The position numbers and the translations under genes were made by a program. A stretch of 64,000 bases of DNA from an uncultured Gemmatimonadales bacterium. GTDB lineage: Bacteria; Gemmatimonadota; Gemmatimonadetes; Longimicrobiales; RSA9. Where the stretch lies: the NCBI GenBank assembly GCA_963798085.1, contig CAWCRS010000003.1, positions 32,001 through 96,000 on the forward strand. The letters are read 5' to 3'. This document shows positions 52,878 through 62,739 of the stretch, in pieces. Position 1 is the first letter of the stretch, and every line of letters starts with the position of its first letter. Below the pieces are notes generated by a model. That model made no database searches. It worked only from the letters and a program-made list of their open reading frames with translations, and was not told where the DNA came from.

Positions 52878-53765
52878 CTACTTCACCCGCTCCGCCCGCG
52901 CGTACACGTCGCCATTGAAGCGCATCTCGAAGCCCGTCACTTTGTCCCTGTCCAGCTGAAACACGACCAGCGTCTCCTCGTCGACCTCGTAGACCTTGCC
53001 GTCCTTGTAGTACCTCGCTGTAAACGTCTGTTTGTCGGTCTGGCTGGGAAACATGTCGAAATCGGCGTCGAAGTCGGGCGGCGATTGTGACCAGCGCCCA
53101 TGCAGCAGGCCATACTGCACGCTCAGTTCCATGCCGATGGCGACCGGCGGGGAGCCCTCGCCCTCGAAGCGCACGCGGTACTCGCCCGCGTAGGGCGCCA
53201 GGTCCACACCCGGCGCCACGGCGGGCGTCCAGGGCGTCACGGCGATCTCAAGCGGGATCACCGTGGTGCCCCACTGCATGGTGAGCGTGGCGCCTTCGCG
53301 CGATACCTGCGGGAACGACCACGTCAACACCTCCGTGGCCGGTCCCTGCTGCGGCATCACCATGAGCGTGAGTTTCGCGGTCTTCGGATCCGGGTGCTGC
53401 GTGTGGAACAGGTGGGCGTTGCCCACCAGCAGCACACTCCACGCCCCGGACTCGCGCGGAATCATCCACACCGAGTACCTGCCACGCTCGACTACCTGGC
53501 CGTTAAGGCGGATGTCGCGATCGGTTTCCAGGGTGGTGGCCCAGTTGGCGCCCGGCGTCCAGACACCGTCCCAGTGCACGACGCCGCCGAACAGCGGGCT
53601 GCGGCCGCGCGCCACGGGACGCGAATAGTCGAGCGAAATTGTGGTACCGTCCACCGTCTGCGAAACGGTGCCGCGCTCACTCGCGCGGACCTGTGCGGCA
53701 GCGACGGCCGGCAATGCCTGTAGCGTCAGCAGGCTGCAGAAAACGCGAAGCGCGCGCGGGCGCAT
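52878..53765 (-). CDS. DUF2911-domain secreted protein with an extra C-terminal domain
   Basis: Signal peptide; ASERGTVSQTV, YSRPVARGR, WTPGAN. Confidence 0.85.
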   Translation of the reverse strand: MRPRALRVFCSLLTLQALPAVAAAQVRASERGTVSQTVDGTTISLDYSRPVARGRSPLFGGVVHWDGVWTPGANWATTLETDRDIRLNGQVVERGRYSVWMIPRESGAWSVLLVGNAHLFHTQHPDPKTAKLTLMVMPQQGPATEVLTWSFPQVSREGATLTMQWGTTVIPLEIAVTPWTPAVAPGVDLAPYAGEYRVRFEGEGSPPVAIGMELSVQYGLLHGRWSQSPPDFDADFDMFPSQTDKQTFTARYYKDGKVYEVDEETLVVFQLDRDKVTGFEMRFNGDVYARAERVK

Positions 53766-53792
53766 GAAGCCTCCGGTCGACGGTTCAGAGAA

Positions 53793-54233
53793 TCAGTGCT
53801 GCGGACCGAACTGGCGATCGATGGCGGCACGGATGTCGTTGAGTGATTTGCCCTGCTTGAACAGCCTCGAGGCGAGTTTCCCTTCGCCCTGGCACGTCTC
53901 GCAGTAACGGGCCATCGGCTCATCGCCCTCATAACACGAAAGCAGGGAGTAGTTGCCCGGAATCTCGGAGCAGCCGCACTGGCAGCGGATGCCATCGACG
54001 ATCTGGGGCATCTCACGCACCATGTCGAACACCGGCGCCGCCTTCGGATAATCGCCGAGCTTGTCGCGTGGAGTGACGTGCAATGCGTCAATGCCGGGCC
54101 GCGGCTCTGGATGTTCGCCCACGGGATGGCCGGCGCCGGCGATCGTGCGGGCCGCTGCGGCCCGACGGGTTACAAGCAACAGCGGCACGCTCGCCAGAAG
54201 GGAAAGGAAGTGCCTGCGAGTCGGGGTTTCCAT
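53793..54233 (-). CDS. PCYCGC-motif-like Cys-rich protein with Tat signal
   Basis: TRRHFL; IRCQCGC...LLSCY...CETC. Confidence 0.8.
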   Translation of the reverse strand: METPTRRHFLSLLASVPLLLVTRRAAAARTIAGAGHPVGEHPEPRPGIDALHVTPRDKLGDYPKAAPVFDMVREMPQIVDGIRCQCGCSEIPGNYSLLSCYEGDEPMARYCETCQGEGKLASRLFKQGKSLNDIRAAIDRQFGPQH

Positions 54234-54827
54234 GCAGCGCCTCGGTTCTGGTGCATTCGTGGACGTGGACCGGAAATTATCGCCGGGCCCGCCCGGGTGA
54301 GAAGTCTGCCCTTCCAGCGCCCGTTCCGGCCCGCGATACCCGCCGTCCCTCGCGGTCAGGCGGATTCCTGCCTCGTGGAGCAGGCGACGGCGGCGTGCTG
54401 GTCGTGTCGTGGATGGGATCCTCCGACGACGTGAGCTCATGGCCCACCTTTCCGTGACGCGCGTGGGCGTGACTGTGTGTGCCTCGCCTTCTACTCCTCG
54501 ACCTGTGGGCACGGCCGGTTCGCCACGAACCACTTCACAAAGTCTTGCCGGTCCTGTCGCTCAGTGAATAGACCACGACGCCCTTCAAGCCAGTCTGAGC
54601 GGCGCCCCGTGCCGCGGGCAGCAGGAGCGCCAGGCACGCCATCAGCCTGCACGGCCTGAACCCCGAGGCGTGGAAGCGTTACGACGGTGGTGGACACATT
54701 GTAGTCGCGACTTGACCGGCGATCGCGTGGTGTGGCATGACGGGCTCGGAAGGGTGAAGGCCCAGGTCTCGAGGCTCACGCGAGCGATCCGAATCACCCT
54801 TACGGGCAGGTCACGAGGTGCGAGCTT

Positions 54828-55170
54828 CGGACCGTCTTGGCATTCTTTCATTTCGGCCGGAACTGTCATTACGGTGGCTCGGATCAACGTGAAAACGGGC
54901 CACATCTATGTGCCTGGGCCGCCGCCATTGGCCGGCGGGCCAGAACCCAGGAATGCCAAGACGGTCCGTCGCCAAACCCAGGAATGCCAAGACGGTCCGT
55001 CCGTCGCCAAACCCAGGAATGCCAAGACGGTCCGTCGCCAAACCCAGGAATGCCAAGACGGTCCGTCGCCAAACCCAGGAATGCCCGGGCGGTCCAATGC
55101 CAGGCAGGAATCCAGGAATGCCAGGACGGTCCGATGCCAGACGGAACGCAGGAATGTCAGGACGGTCCGG
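54828..55170. repeat. One forward copy plus ~7 inverted tandem copies of a 31-bp unit (family C)
   Basis: AACCCAGGAATGCCAAGACGGTCCGTCGCCA at 54944, 54975 (+4 nt), 55010 and 55041; degenerate at 55072, ~55111 and ~55149; opposite-orientation CGGACCGTCTTGGCATTC at 54828. Confidence 0.9.
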
Positions 55171-55566
55171 TGCCGGGCCGCCTGATGATCTCGACCCGGT
55201 TGGTCACTGGGTCCCAAGGCCACGGCGATAGCGCCAGGATGATCGCGCTCCGATTCAGCCGAGATGAGACCGTGCGGCTTTGAGTCTTCGGCCGAGACGC
55301 GCGCAGCTGCAGGGCAAACCATGCGCTGGTCGGTTGGCACGCGGGCCGGAACGTGCGCGGCAATGCCAATCGAGCTGCGGAAATGCGATTCGGTGTGCGG
55401 CCGTCTGGCAGTTTGACGAGAATTTTCGGGGATCGCCTCCTGTACAGGCCGGGCCGGCCCCGATATCGTTCGCTGCGTGAGGGTTGGAGGCCGACGCGCC
55501 GGCGGTACAGCAAGCGGCGTCGCGGGCTCCGATTTCCAGCACCGCAACCGCAATTTCGCCTGACGC

Positions 55567-57426
55567 ATGTCGGATAGAATCAACGACTTCGCATTCAAGA
55601 TCGCGACCGTGAACGGGACCGGATCGGCGAGCGCCAACGGCCTCCTGATGCAGGCGATCTTCCGCATGGGTGTTCCGGTTTCGGGAAAGAACGTGTTCCC
55701 CTCGAACATCCAGGGTCTGCCCACCTGGTACGAGATCCGGGTCAACCGGGACGGCTACACCGCTCGCACGCCGGAATTCGACCTGATCGTGGCCATGAAC
55801 GCCGCCACGTACGAGCGCGATGTGAACGATCTGCAGCCCGGCGGCTGGCTGCTCTACGATTCGACGTGGCCGCTGCCGTCGTCGCTGAACCGCCCGGACA
55901 TCACCCGCCTCGGAGTGCCGCTCGCGCGATTGTGCAATACGTCGTTCGAAGGCAGTCGTGAGCGCATTCTCATGAAGAACATCGCCTATGTGGGCGCGCT
56001 CGCCGGGCTCATCGAGATGGACCTTCCCATTATCGAGGAGCTGCTTCAGGAGCAGTTCGGTGTGAAGAAGCGCGCCCTCATGGAGTCGAACTACCGCGCG
56101 GTGCGGCTCGGTTACGACTGGGCGCGCGAGCACTTCGATTGTCCGTTGCCGATTCGGCTGGAGAAGATGGCGCCGCCGGACGACCTGATCCTGATCGATG
56201 GCAACACGGCGGCGGCGCTTGGCTGCGTGTACGCTGGCGCGACGGTGGGCGCGTGGTACCCGATCACGCCGGCGACATCGATGATGGACGCGTTCCGCGG
56301 GTTCTGTCAGCGTTTCCGGAAGGACAGCGAGTCGGGGAAGAACAAGTACATCGTCGTGCAGGCGGAGGACGAGCTGGCGGCGGCCGGTGTGATCATCGGC
56401 GCGGGCTGGGCGGGTGCGCGCTCGTTCACGCCCACGAGCGGGCCGGGCATCTCGCTGATGAGCGAGTTCATCGGTCTGGCGTACTACGCGGAGATCCCGG
56501 CGGTCTTCTTCGACATCCAGCGCACGGGCCCGTCGACGGGGATGCCCACGCGCACGCAGCAGGGCGATCTCATGCTGTGCGCGTACGCGTCGCATGGCGA
56601 TACCAAACACCTTCTGCTCTTCCCATCCGATCCGCACGAAGCGTTCGAGCTTGCGGTGCAGGCGTTCGATGTCGCGGAGCGGTTCCAGACGCCGGTGTTC
56701 GTGATCAGCGATCTCGACATCGGCATGAACGACTGGATGGTGCCTCGCCTGCGCTGGGATGACAGCTACCGTCCCGACCGCGGCAAGGTGCTGACGGAGG
56801 AACAGCTCGAGCGCATGAAGACGTTCTATCGCTATCTGGACGTGGATGGCGATGGCATCGCGGCGCGCACGCTGCCGGGTGTGCATCCGAGGGGCGCGTA
56901 TTTCGCGCGCGGCTCGGGGCACAACCGTTTCGGCGGCTACACCGAGGATGCGGACGAGTATGTCGACGTCGTGGACCGCATCGCGCGCAAGATCGCAAAC
57001 GCGCCACCGTCGCTGCCGCTGCCCGTGATCCGGCGTCAGGCGGGCGCGCGGATCGGCATCATCTCGCTGGGCGGATGCAACGGCGCGGTCATCGAGGCGG
57101 TGGACTGGCTGGCGGCGCACGGCATCAGTGCCGATTATCTGCGTGTCCGCGCCTTCCCTTTCCACGAGTCGGTGCCGGCGTTCATCGAAGAGCACGAGAC
57201 GATTTTCGTGGTCGAGCAGAATCGTGACGCGCAGCTGCGCTCGCTGCTCTCGCTGGAGACCGGCATTGCGCGGGATCGCATGCGCTCGGTGCGTCGCTAC
57301 GGCGGTCTGCCCATGAGCCGGAAATTCGTGGTGGATGGAATCCTGGAGCAGCTGGAAGGGCACGCCGTCGCGGCCGCGCTGCTGGCGCAGCAGAGCAATG
57401 GCGCGCGTGTGGAGATTCCCGCATGA
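55567..57426 (+). CDS. korA: 2-oxoacid:ferredoxin oxidoreductase alpha subunit
   Basis: NGTGSASAN, YPITP, QAEDE, TSGPG, QRTGPSTGMPT; substrate specificity not determinable. Confidence 0.9.
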   Translation: MSDRINDFAFKIATVNGTGSASANGLLMQAIFRMGVPVSGKNVFPSNIQGLPTWYEIRVNRDGYTARTPEFDLIVAMNAATYERDVNDLQPGGWLLYDSTWPLPSSLNRPDITRLGVPLARLCNTSFEGSRERILMKNIAYVGALAGLIEMDLPIIEELLQEQFGVKKRALMESNYRAVRLGYDWAREHFDCPLPIRLEKMAPPDDLILIDGNTAAALGCVYAGATVGAWYPITPATSMMDAFRGFCQRFRKDSESGKNKYIVVQAEDELAAAGVIIGAGWAGARSFTPTSGPGISLMSEFIGLAYYAEIPAVFFDIQRTGPSTGMPTRTQQGDLMLCAYASHGDTKHLLLFPSDPHEAFELAVQAFDVAERFQTPVFVISDLDIGMNDWMVPRLRWDDSYRPDRGKVLTEEQLERMKTFYRYLDVDGDGIAARTLPGVHPRGAYFARGSGHNRFGGYTEDADEYVDVVDRIARKIANAPPSLPLPVIRRQAGARIGIISLGGCNGAVIEAVDWLAAHGISADYLRVRAFPFHESVPAFIEEHETIFVVEQNRDAQLRSLLSLETGIARDRMRSVRRYGGLPMSRKFVVDGILEQLEGHAVAAALLAQQSNGARVEIPA

Positions 57427-58481
57427 CGACATCGATTGCCAAGCCGCGGGTTCATCACCCGGACCTGCCGCTGAACGCCATTGGCCTGACGCGCCGCGAT
57501 TACGAAGGCTCCATGTCCACGCTGTGTGCGGGTTGCGGACACGACTCGATCACGGCCGCGATCGTACGCGCGTTCTGGGAGCTGGACATTCCGCCGTACA
57601 AGGTGGCCAAGCTGAGCGGCATCGGCTGCTCATCGAAGACACCCACGTATTTCCTGCGCGAGTCGCACGGCTTCAATGCGGTGCACGGGCGCATGCCGTC
57701 GATCGCGACCGGCGCGAATGGCGCGCGCCGCGACCTGATCTACATCGGCGTGTCCGGTGATGGCGACTCGCTCTCCATCGGTCTCGGCCAGTTCTGTCAC
57801 GCCATTCGCCGCAACGTGCGCGTGCTCTACATCCTCGAGAACAATGGCGTGTACGGTCTGACGAAAGGCCAGTTCTCCGCGTCCGCGGACATCGGCTCGC
57901 GCCCGAAGCGTGGCGAGCCCAACCGGCAGTCGCCCATCGATCCCGTGCTGCTGGCGCTCAACCTGGGCGCGACGTTCGTGGCGCGCAGTTTCTCGGGTGA
58001 CAAGGAGCAGCTGGTTCCGATCCTGAAAGCGGGCCTGCGCCACAACGGTTTCGCCTTCGTCGATGTCATCTCGCCTTGCGTGACGTTCAACGATCATGAA
58101 GGTTCGACGAAAAGCTACGCCTACACACGGGAGCACATGCGCGAGGTGGTGCAGGCCGATCTCGTGCCCGAGCGTACCGAGATCAGCGTGTCGTACGACG
58201 CCGGCTCGACCGTGGAAGTGCCCATGCACGACGGCACTCGCGTTCGCCTGCACAAGGTGGACGAGAGCTACGACCCGACCGATCGCGACGCGGTCTACGC
58301 CTTCATTCGCGAGCGCCAGCTGGCCGGCGTCGTCGCCACGGGACTGCTGTACCTGGGCGAAGGTGCGCCCGAAATGCACGACAACGAGAATACCGTGGAC
58401 ACGCCGCTCGCCAACATCGCGTTCGAGCAGCTGTGCCCCGGCTCGGCGCAGCTGGACAAGCTCATGGAGACGTTCCGGTAG
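57423..58481 (+). CDS. korB: 2-oxoacid:ferredoxin oxidoreductase beta subunit
   Basis: CAGCGH, SGIGCSS, HGR, GDGD...NN TPP motif, YGLTKGQ, SPC. Confidence 0.9.
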   Translation: MTTSIAKPRVHHPDLPLNAIGLTRRDYEGSMSTLCAGCGHDSITAAIVRAFWELDIPPYKVAKLSGIGCSSKTPTYFLRESHGFNAVHGRMPSIATGANGARRDLIYIGVSGDGDSLSIGLGQFCHAIRRNVRVLYILENNGVYGLTKGQFSASADIGSRPKRGEPNRQSPIDPVLLALNLGATFVARSFSGDKEQLVPILKAGLRHNGFAFVDVISPCVTFNDHEGSTKSYAYTREHMREVVQADLVPERTEISVSYDAGSTVEVPMHDGTRVRLHKVDESYDPTDRDAVYAFIRERQLAGVVATGLLYLGEGAPEMHDNENTVDTPLANIAFEQLCPGSAQLDKLMETFR

Positions 58482-58776
58482 GCGGCTACGTGGATCTACA
58501 GGCCCGACACCCGGAGGTGGCGGGCCCTTCACAGGCGAGGACGCCGCGGCCACGTGGATCTGCAGGCCCGACACCCGGAGGTGGCGGGCCCTTCACAGGC
58601 GAGGACGCCGCGGCCACGTGGATCTACAGGCCCGACACCCGGAGGTGGCGGGCCCTTCACAGGCGAGGACGCCGCGGCCACGTGGACTAACACGCCCGAC
58701 ACCCGGAGGTGGCGGGCCCTTCACAGGCGAGGACGCCGCGGCCACGTGGACTAACACGCCCGACACCCGGAAGTGG
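58482..58776. repeat. 64-bp tandem array (~4.5 copies) of paired palindromic REP-like motifs (family D)
   Basis: ACGTGGA at 58488, 58552, 58616, 58680 and 58744; hairpin GGCCCG-A-CACC-CGGA-GGTG-G-CGGGCC plus ACAGGCGAGGACGCCGCGGCCAC. Confidence 0.95.
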
Positions 58777-58892
58777 GGAACTCCACGGAGAACTGCAGCA
58801 GTCTTCCGGACGTTGGAATGCGGCGCGCAATGTGGCGGGCAGTTCATGCAGCGCAGGACGTTGCGAGGGTTTCTCAGGTCAAAGAGACGGTA

Positions 58893-59351
58893 ATGCAAGA
58901 TCCTTTCGAATCGTTCTTCCGGTCGCGTATGGTGCCGGTCCCCAATGGAGAGGACCGGAAGACAGCGGCGATTCGCGTGGCGGCGTGTGCGCTGCTGCTG
59001 GAGCTGGCCCACGCGGATGCGGAGTTCAGCAGTGTCGAGCGTTCGCACATCGAAGCGGTGATGCGCCGTCATTTCGCGCTGGGTGAGCAGGATGCGCAGA
59101 CCATCATCGAGATGGCGGAAGAGGCGAGAGAGCGCGAGGGCGACCTGCACCGCTTCGCGGCGCTGATCCGCGACAACTATGACCTCGGCCAGAAGCTGCT
59201 GCTGGCGGAGATCATGTGGGGCGTGGTGCTCGCCGATGGCGTGATCGCGCGGCGCGAGGCCTACCTGCTGCGTCGCATTGGCAGTCTGCTGAACCTCGAG
59301 GCCGGCTACCTGGCGCAGGCGCGCAACGTGGCCGCGGGGAAAGTGCACTGA
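58893..59351 (+). CDS. TerB-family protein
   Basis: ALLLELAHADAEFSSVE, MWGVVLADG..REAYLLRRIGSLL. Confidence 0.85.
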   Translation: MQDPFESFFRSRMVPVPNGEDRKTAAIRVAACALLLELAHADAEFSSVERSHIEAVMRRHFALGEQDAQTIIEMAEEAREREGDLHRFAALIRDNYDLGQKLLLAEIMWGVVLADGVIARREAYLLRRIGSLLNLEAGYLAQARNVAAGKVH

Positions 59352-59488
59352 GTCCCGAGAGCGCTGGTTCCCGCCTCGTCGCGCCGCCCGCCACACCGCG
59401 CCCCGCCTCGCCGGTCGCATCGGCTGCGACCGCGGTTCCGCTTCCTGACAACCCGTTATTCGACCTGCTTGTCCGCCTGGCGCTGCCC

Positions 59489-62400
59489 ATGGATCCGCTG
59501 CCGGTACTGCCCCAGCTGGCTGCGGCGCTGCATGACATCGTGGCGTTCACCCGCCTGGATATCGTTTTGCTGGATGACGATCGGCAGACCTGCCGGGTGC
59601 GCACGCTGCTGGAGACCAGGCCGGAAGCCGCGGCCGCCAACCTGCGCACGAGCCGGGAGCTGGGCTTCACCGGTCGCCTGCTCTCCCTTAACAGTCCGTT
59701 AGAAATCTGGCGAGGAGCCGGCGCGAGGCTGGCGCCGGAGGATGTGGCCGACGAATGGCTGGAGAACGGCTCGCTGCGTGCCGTGCTCAGCCTGCGGCTG
59801 GGCGGCGCCAGTGAGGCGGGTGGTCCGGGGGTGCTGCACATCGGCGCACTGGACGAGCAGGCGTTCGCTCCACCCGGCATCGAGGCGGCGCACCAGTTCG
59901 CGCTGCACCTGGGGCTGGCGCTCGAGCGCGAGTGGGCCCGCCGCAAGCTGGGGCGTGAGGCGGATGAGCTGACTGACTTCTTCGAGAACGCCGCGATTCC
60001 GCTCAACTGGGTGGGGCCGGACGGAACGCTGCTGCGCGCGAATCGCGCGGAGCTGGAGCTGCTGGGCTACCGGGAGACGGATTATCTGGCGCACAACTTC
60101 GCCGAATTCTACGAGGATCCGCGTACGGCCGCGGAGCTTCTGGACCGGCTGGCCCGCGGTGAGACGCTGCGCGACTTCGACGCCAGACTGCGCTGCAGTG
60201 ATGGCTCGTTCCGGGAAGTGCTGATCGATGCGAACGTGCTGTGGGATGGCGCGAGCTTCCTGTACGCGCGCTGCTGCACGCGCGATGTCACCGAGCGCAA
60301 GCGCGGCGAACGGCGCGCGGCGGTGCACCATGAGGTGTCGCACCATCTGGCGGACTGGCCGCTCGGGGGCGAGGCGACGAAAGGCATACTGCGCGGCATT
60401 GGCGAGCGTCTGGGCTGGCAGCTGGGCGTGATGTGGCGGGTCAATGCGCAGGCGGGTGTGCTGCGCTGCGAAGAAGTCTGGCAGATGGAGGGTGCGCAGT
60501 CGGACGAGTTCGCGGAAATGACGCGGGCCAGCGAGTTCCGCCCCGGCGATGGCCTGCCGGGCGGCGTGTGGGCGGCGCTCACGCCCGCGTGGGTACCCAA
60601 TGTCACGCGCAATGCCAGCTGTCTGCGCGCCCGCTTTGCCGAGCGCGTGGGCCTGCACGGCGCTCTCGCGTTCCCCGTGCGCGCCGGCGCCGCCATCCTC
60701 GGCGTAATGGAATTCTTCAGTGCGCACATCGAGCGCCCGGATCCGGAACTGCTCGCGCTGGCCGGCTCGATCGGCCACGAAGTCGGCCTCTTCCTCGATC
60801 GCATGCGCGCGGAGATCTCGCTGGAAGCCAGTGAGCGCCGTTTCACGCGCTTCATGTCGAACCTGCCCGCCACGGCGTGGGTGAAGGATCGCGACGGCCA
60901 CTACATCTACGTGAACGATCTCGCAGAGCGCGTGTTCGGCCGGCCGCGTCGCGAGCTGCACGGCTGCACGGACTACGACCTCTTTCCGCCCGAGGCGGCG
61001 GTCGCGTTCCGCGAGAATGACCGGCGCGCGCTGGCCAGTGAAGGCGGACTGCTCACCACGGAAACGCTGCAGCTGCCTGATGGTTCGCTGCGTTATTCGC
61101 TGGTCAGCAAGTTCCCGATCCTGGACAGCGATGGTCGCGCCACGATGGTGGGCGGCGTGGCGTTCGACATCACGGAGCAGATCCAGACGGCGGAAGCGCT
61201 GCGCCATGTCGAGCAGCGTTTCCGCACCATGGCGGAGACCGCACCCAGCTGCGTATGGGAAGCCTCACCCGGCGGCGACATCACGTTCGCCAACAGCCGC
61301 TGGTACGAATTCTCCGGGCTCACCGCGGAAGAGACTGCGGGCCAGAACTGGGTGGTTGCCATCCATCCGGATGACCTGGAAACGTGCCGCACCGCCTGGG
61401 TCAAGGCGGTGCGCGAGGAAACGCCCTTTCGCGTGGAAGTGCGTAACCGCCGCGCCGACGGGCAGTATCGCTGGATGCTGACACAGGCGCTGCCTGTGCG
61501 CGACGCGCAGGGCAGCATCACCAGCTGGGTAGGCACTTCCACCGACATCGACGATCAGAAGCGGCAGGAAGCCGCACTGCGCGAGGCGGACCGCCGCAAG
61601 GATGAGTTCCTCGCCGTACTGTCGCACGAACTGCGCAATCCGCTGGAACCGATTCGCAACGCGCTGCATCTGCTGCGTGCGCATCCCGTGCCCGACGAGA
61701 ACTTGCGTCTGCTGGAGATGCTCGAGCGGCAGGTGCAGCACATGATCCGTCTGGTCGACGACCTGCTCGACGTCTCGCGCATCACGCTGGGCAAGGTCGA
61801 GCTGCGGCGCGATCGTGTGGACCTGGCGTACATCGTGGCGCACGCGGTCGAGGCCTGCCGCCCGCTCATCGATGCCGGCGGCCGCCGCCTCACGCTCTCC
61901 CTGCCACCCGAGCCGCTGCTGCTGGACGCCGATCCCGTTCGTCTGGGTCAGGCGCTGGCCAACCTGCTCAACAACGCAGCGCGCTTCACACTGCCGGGCG
62001 GACACATTGCGCTGAGTGCATTGCGTGCCGGCGACAATGTGATCGTCAGGGTGCGCGACAATGGCGTGGGCATCGAGCCGGAGATGCTGACACGCGTGTT
62101 CGAGCTGTTCGCGCAGGGTGGCTGGGGCGTGGCGCAGCCCGGCCTTGGCATTGGTCTCACCGTCGTCGATCGCATGGTGCGGCTGCACGGCGGCTCGGTG
62201 GAAGCGCACAGCGCCGGGCGTGACCGTGGCAGCGAGTTCATCCTGCGACTGCCGCTGGCCGCGGCGCCTCGCCCGGCAGTGGAACAGCCGCCGGCCGCCC
62301 CTGCGGACGGCAGCTGGTCGCGGCATCGCATCCTGGTCGTGGATGACAACCACGATGCCGCGGACAGCCTCTCGCTGCTGCTGCAGTTCAAGGGCGGCAC

Positions 62401-62734
62401 CGTGCACACCGAATACAGCGGCGTATCAGCGCTGGAAGCCGTGCGTGCGTTCCGGCCCGACATTGCTCTGGTGGACATCGGCATGCCCGGCATGGACGGG
62501 CTCGAAGTGGCGCGCCGCCTGCGTGAAGACGCGATGCTGCAGAACCTCACGCTGGTCGCCGTCACCGGCTGGGGCCAGGACGACGACCGGCGTCGTTGCC
62601 GCGATGCCGGGTTCGATTACCACCTGGTGAAGCCTGTCGATCTCGCCCGGCTTCAGGCGCTGCTCGCCGAACTCCCGGTAAACCCGCTCCCCACCCGATC
62701 GCCACACGCCGAGGATCGCGGCAACGACGCCTGA
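59489..62734 (+). CDS. Hybrid sensor kinase, GAF-PAS-GAF-PAS-PAS-HisKA-HATPase-REC (start may be as early as ~59348)
   Basis: RDVTERK, DITE, SHELRNPL, NLLNNAA, DNGVGI, GLGIGL, VVDD..DIGMPGMDG..KP. Confidence 0.92.
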   Translation: MDPLPVLPQLAAALHDIVAFTRLDIVLLDDDRQTCRVRTLLETRPEAAAANLRTSRELGFTGRLLSLNSPLEIWRGAGARLAPEDVADEWLENGSLRAVLSLRLGGASEAGGPGVLHIGALDEQAFAPPGIEAAHQFALHLGLALEREWARRKLGREADELTDFFENAAIPLNWVGPDGTLLRANRAELELLGYRETDYLAHNFAEFYEDPRTAAELLDRLARGETLRDFDARLRCSDGSFREVLIDANVLWDGASFLYARCCTRDVTERKRGERRAAVHHEVSHHLADWPLGGEATKGILRGIGERLGWQLGVMWRVNAQAGVLRCEEVWQMEGAQSDEFAEMTRASEFRPGDGLPGGVWAALTPAWVPNVTRNASCLRARFAERVGLHGALAFPVRAGAAILGVMEFFSAHIERPDPELLALAGSIGHEVGLFLDRMRAEISLEASERRFTRFMSNLPATAWVKDRDGHYIYVNDLAERVFGRPRRELHGCTDYDLFPPEAAVAFRENDRRALASEGGLLTTETLQLPDGSLRYSLVSKFPILDSDGRATMVGGVAFDITEQIQTAEALRHVEQRFRTMAETAPSCVWEASPGGDITFANSRWYEFSGLTAEETAGQNWVVAIHPDDLETCRTAWVKAVREETPFRVEVRNRRADGQYRWMLTQALPVRDAQGSITSWVGTSTDIDDQKRQEAALREADRRKDEFLAVLSHELRNPLEPIRNALHLLRAHPVPDENLRLLEMLERQVQHMIRLVDDLLDVSRITLGKVELRRDRVDLAYIVAHAVEACRPLIDAGGRRLTLSLPPEPLLLDADPVRLGQALANLLNNAARFTLPGGHIALSALRAGDNVIVRVRDNGVGIEPEMLTRVFELFAQGGWGVAQPGLGIGLTVVDRMVRLHGGSVEAHSAGRDRGSEFILRLPLAAAPRPAVEQPPAAPADGSWSRHRILVVDDNHDAADSLSLLLQFKGGTVHTEYSGVSALEAVRAFRPDIALVDIGMPGMDGLEVARRLREDAMLQNLTLVAVTGWGQDDDRRRCRDAGFDYHLVKPVDLARLQALLAELPVNPLPTRSPHAEDRGNDA

Positions 62735-62739
62735 CTCGA

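Noticed and set aside
54491..54697. RAYT transposase remnant (LEGRRGLFTERQDRQDF resembles RAYT N-termini)
   Set aside because: No HUH motif. An overlapping frame reads as a signal peptide (MACLALLLPAARGAAQTGLKGVVVY), which better suggests a fragment of a secreted-protein gene.
54944..55170. CRISPR array
   Set aside because: Units are head-to-tail with no unique 25-45 bp spacers, and there are no cas genes in the window.
58482..58776. CRISPR array
   Set aside because: The whole 64-bp unit repeats, so there are no unique spacers.
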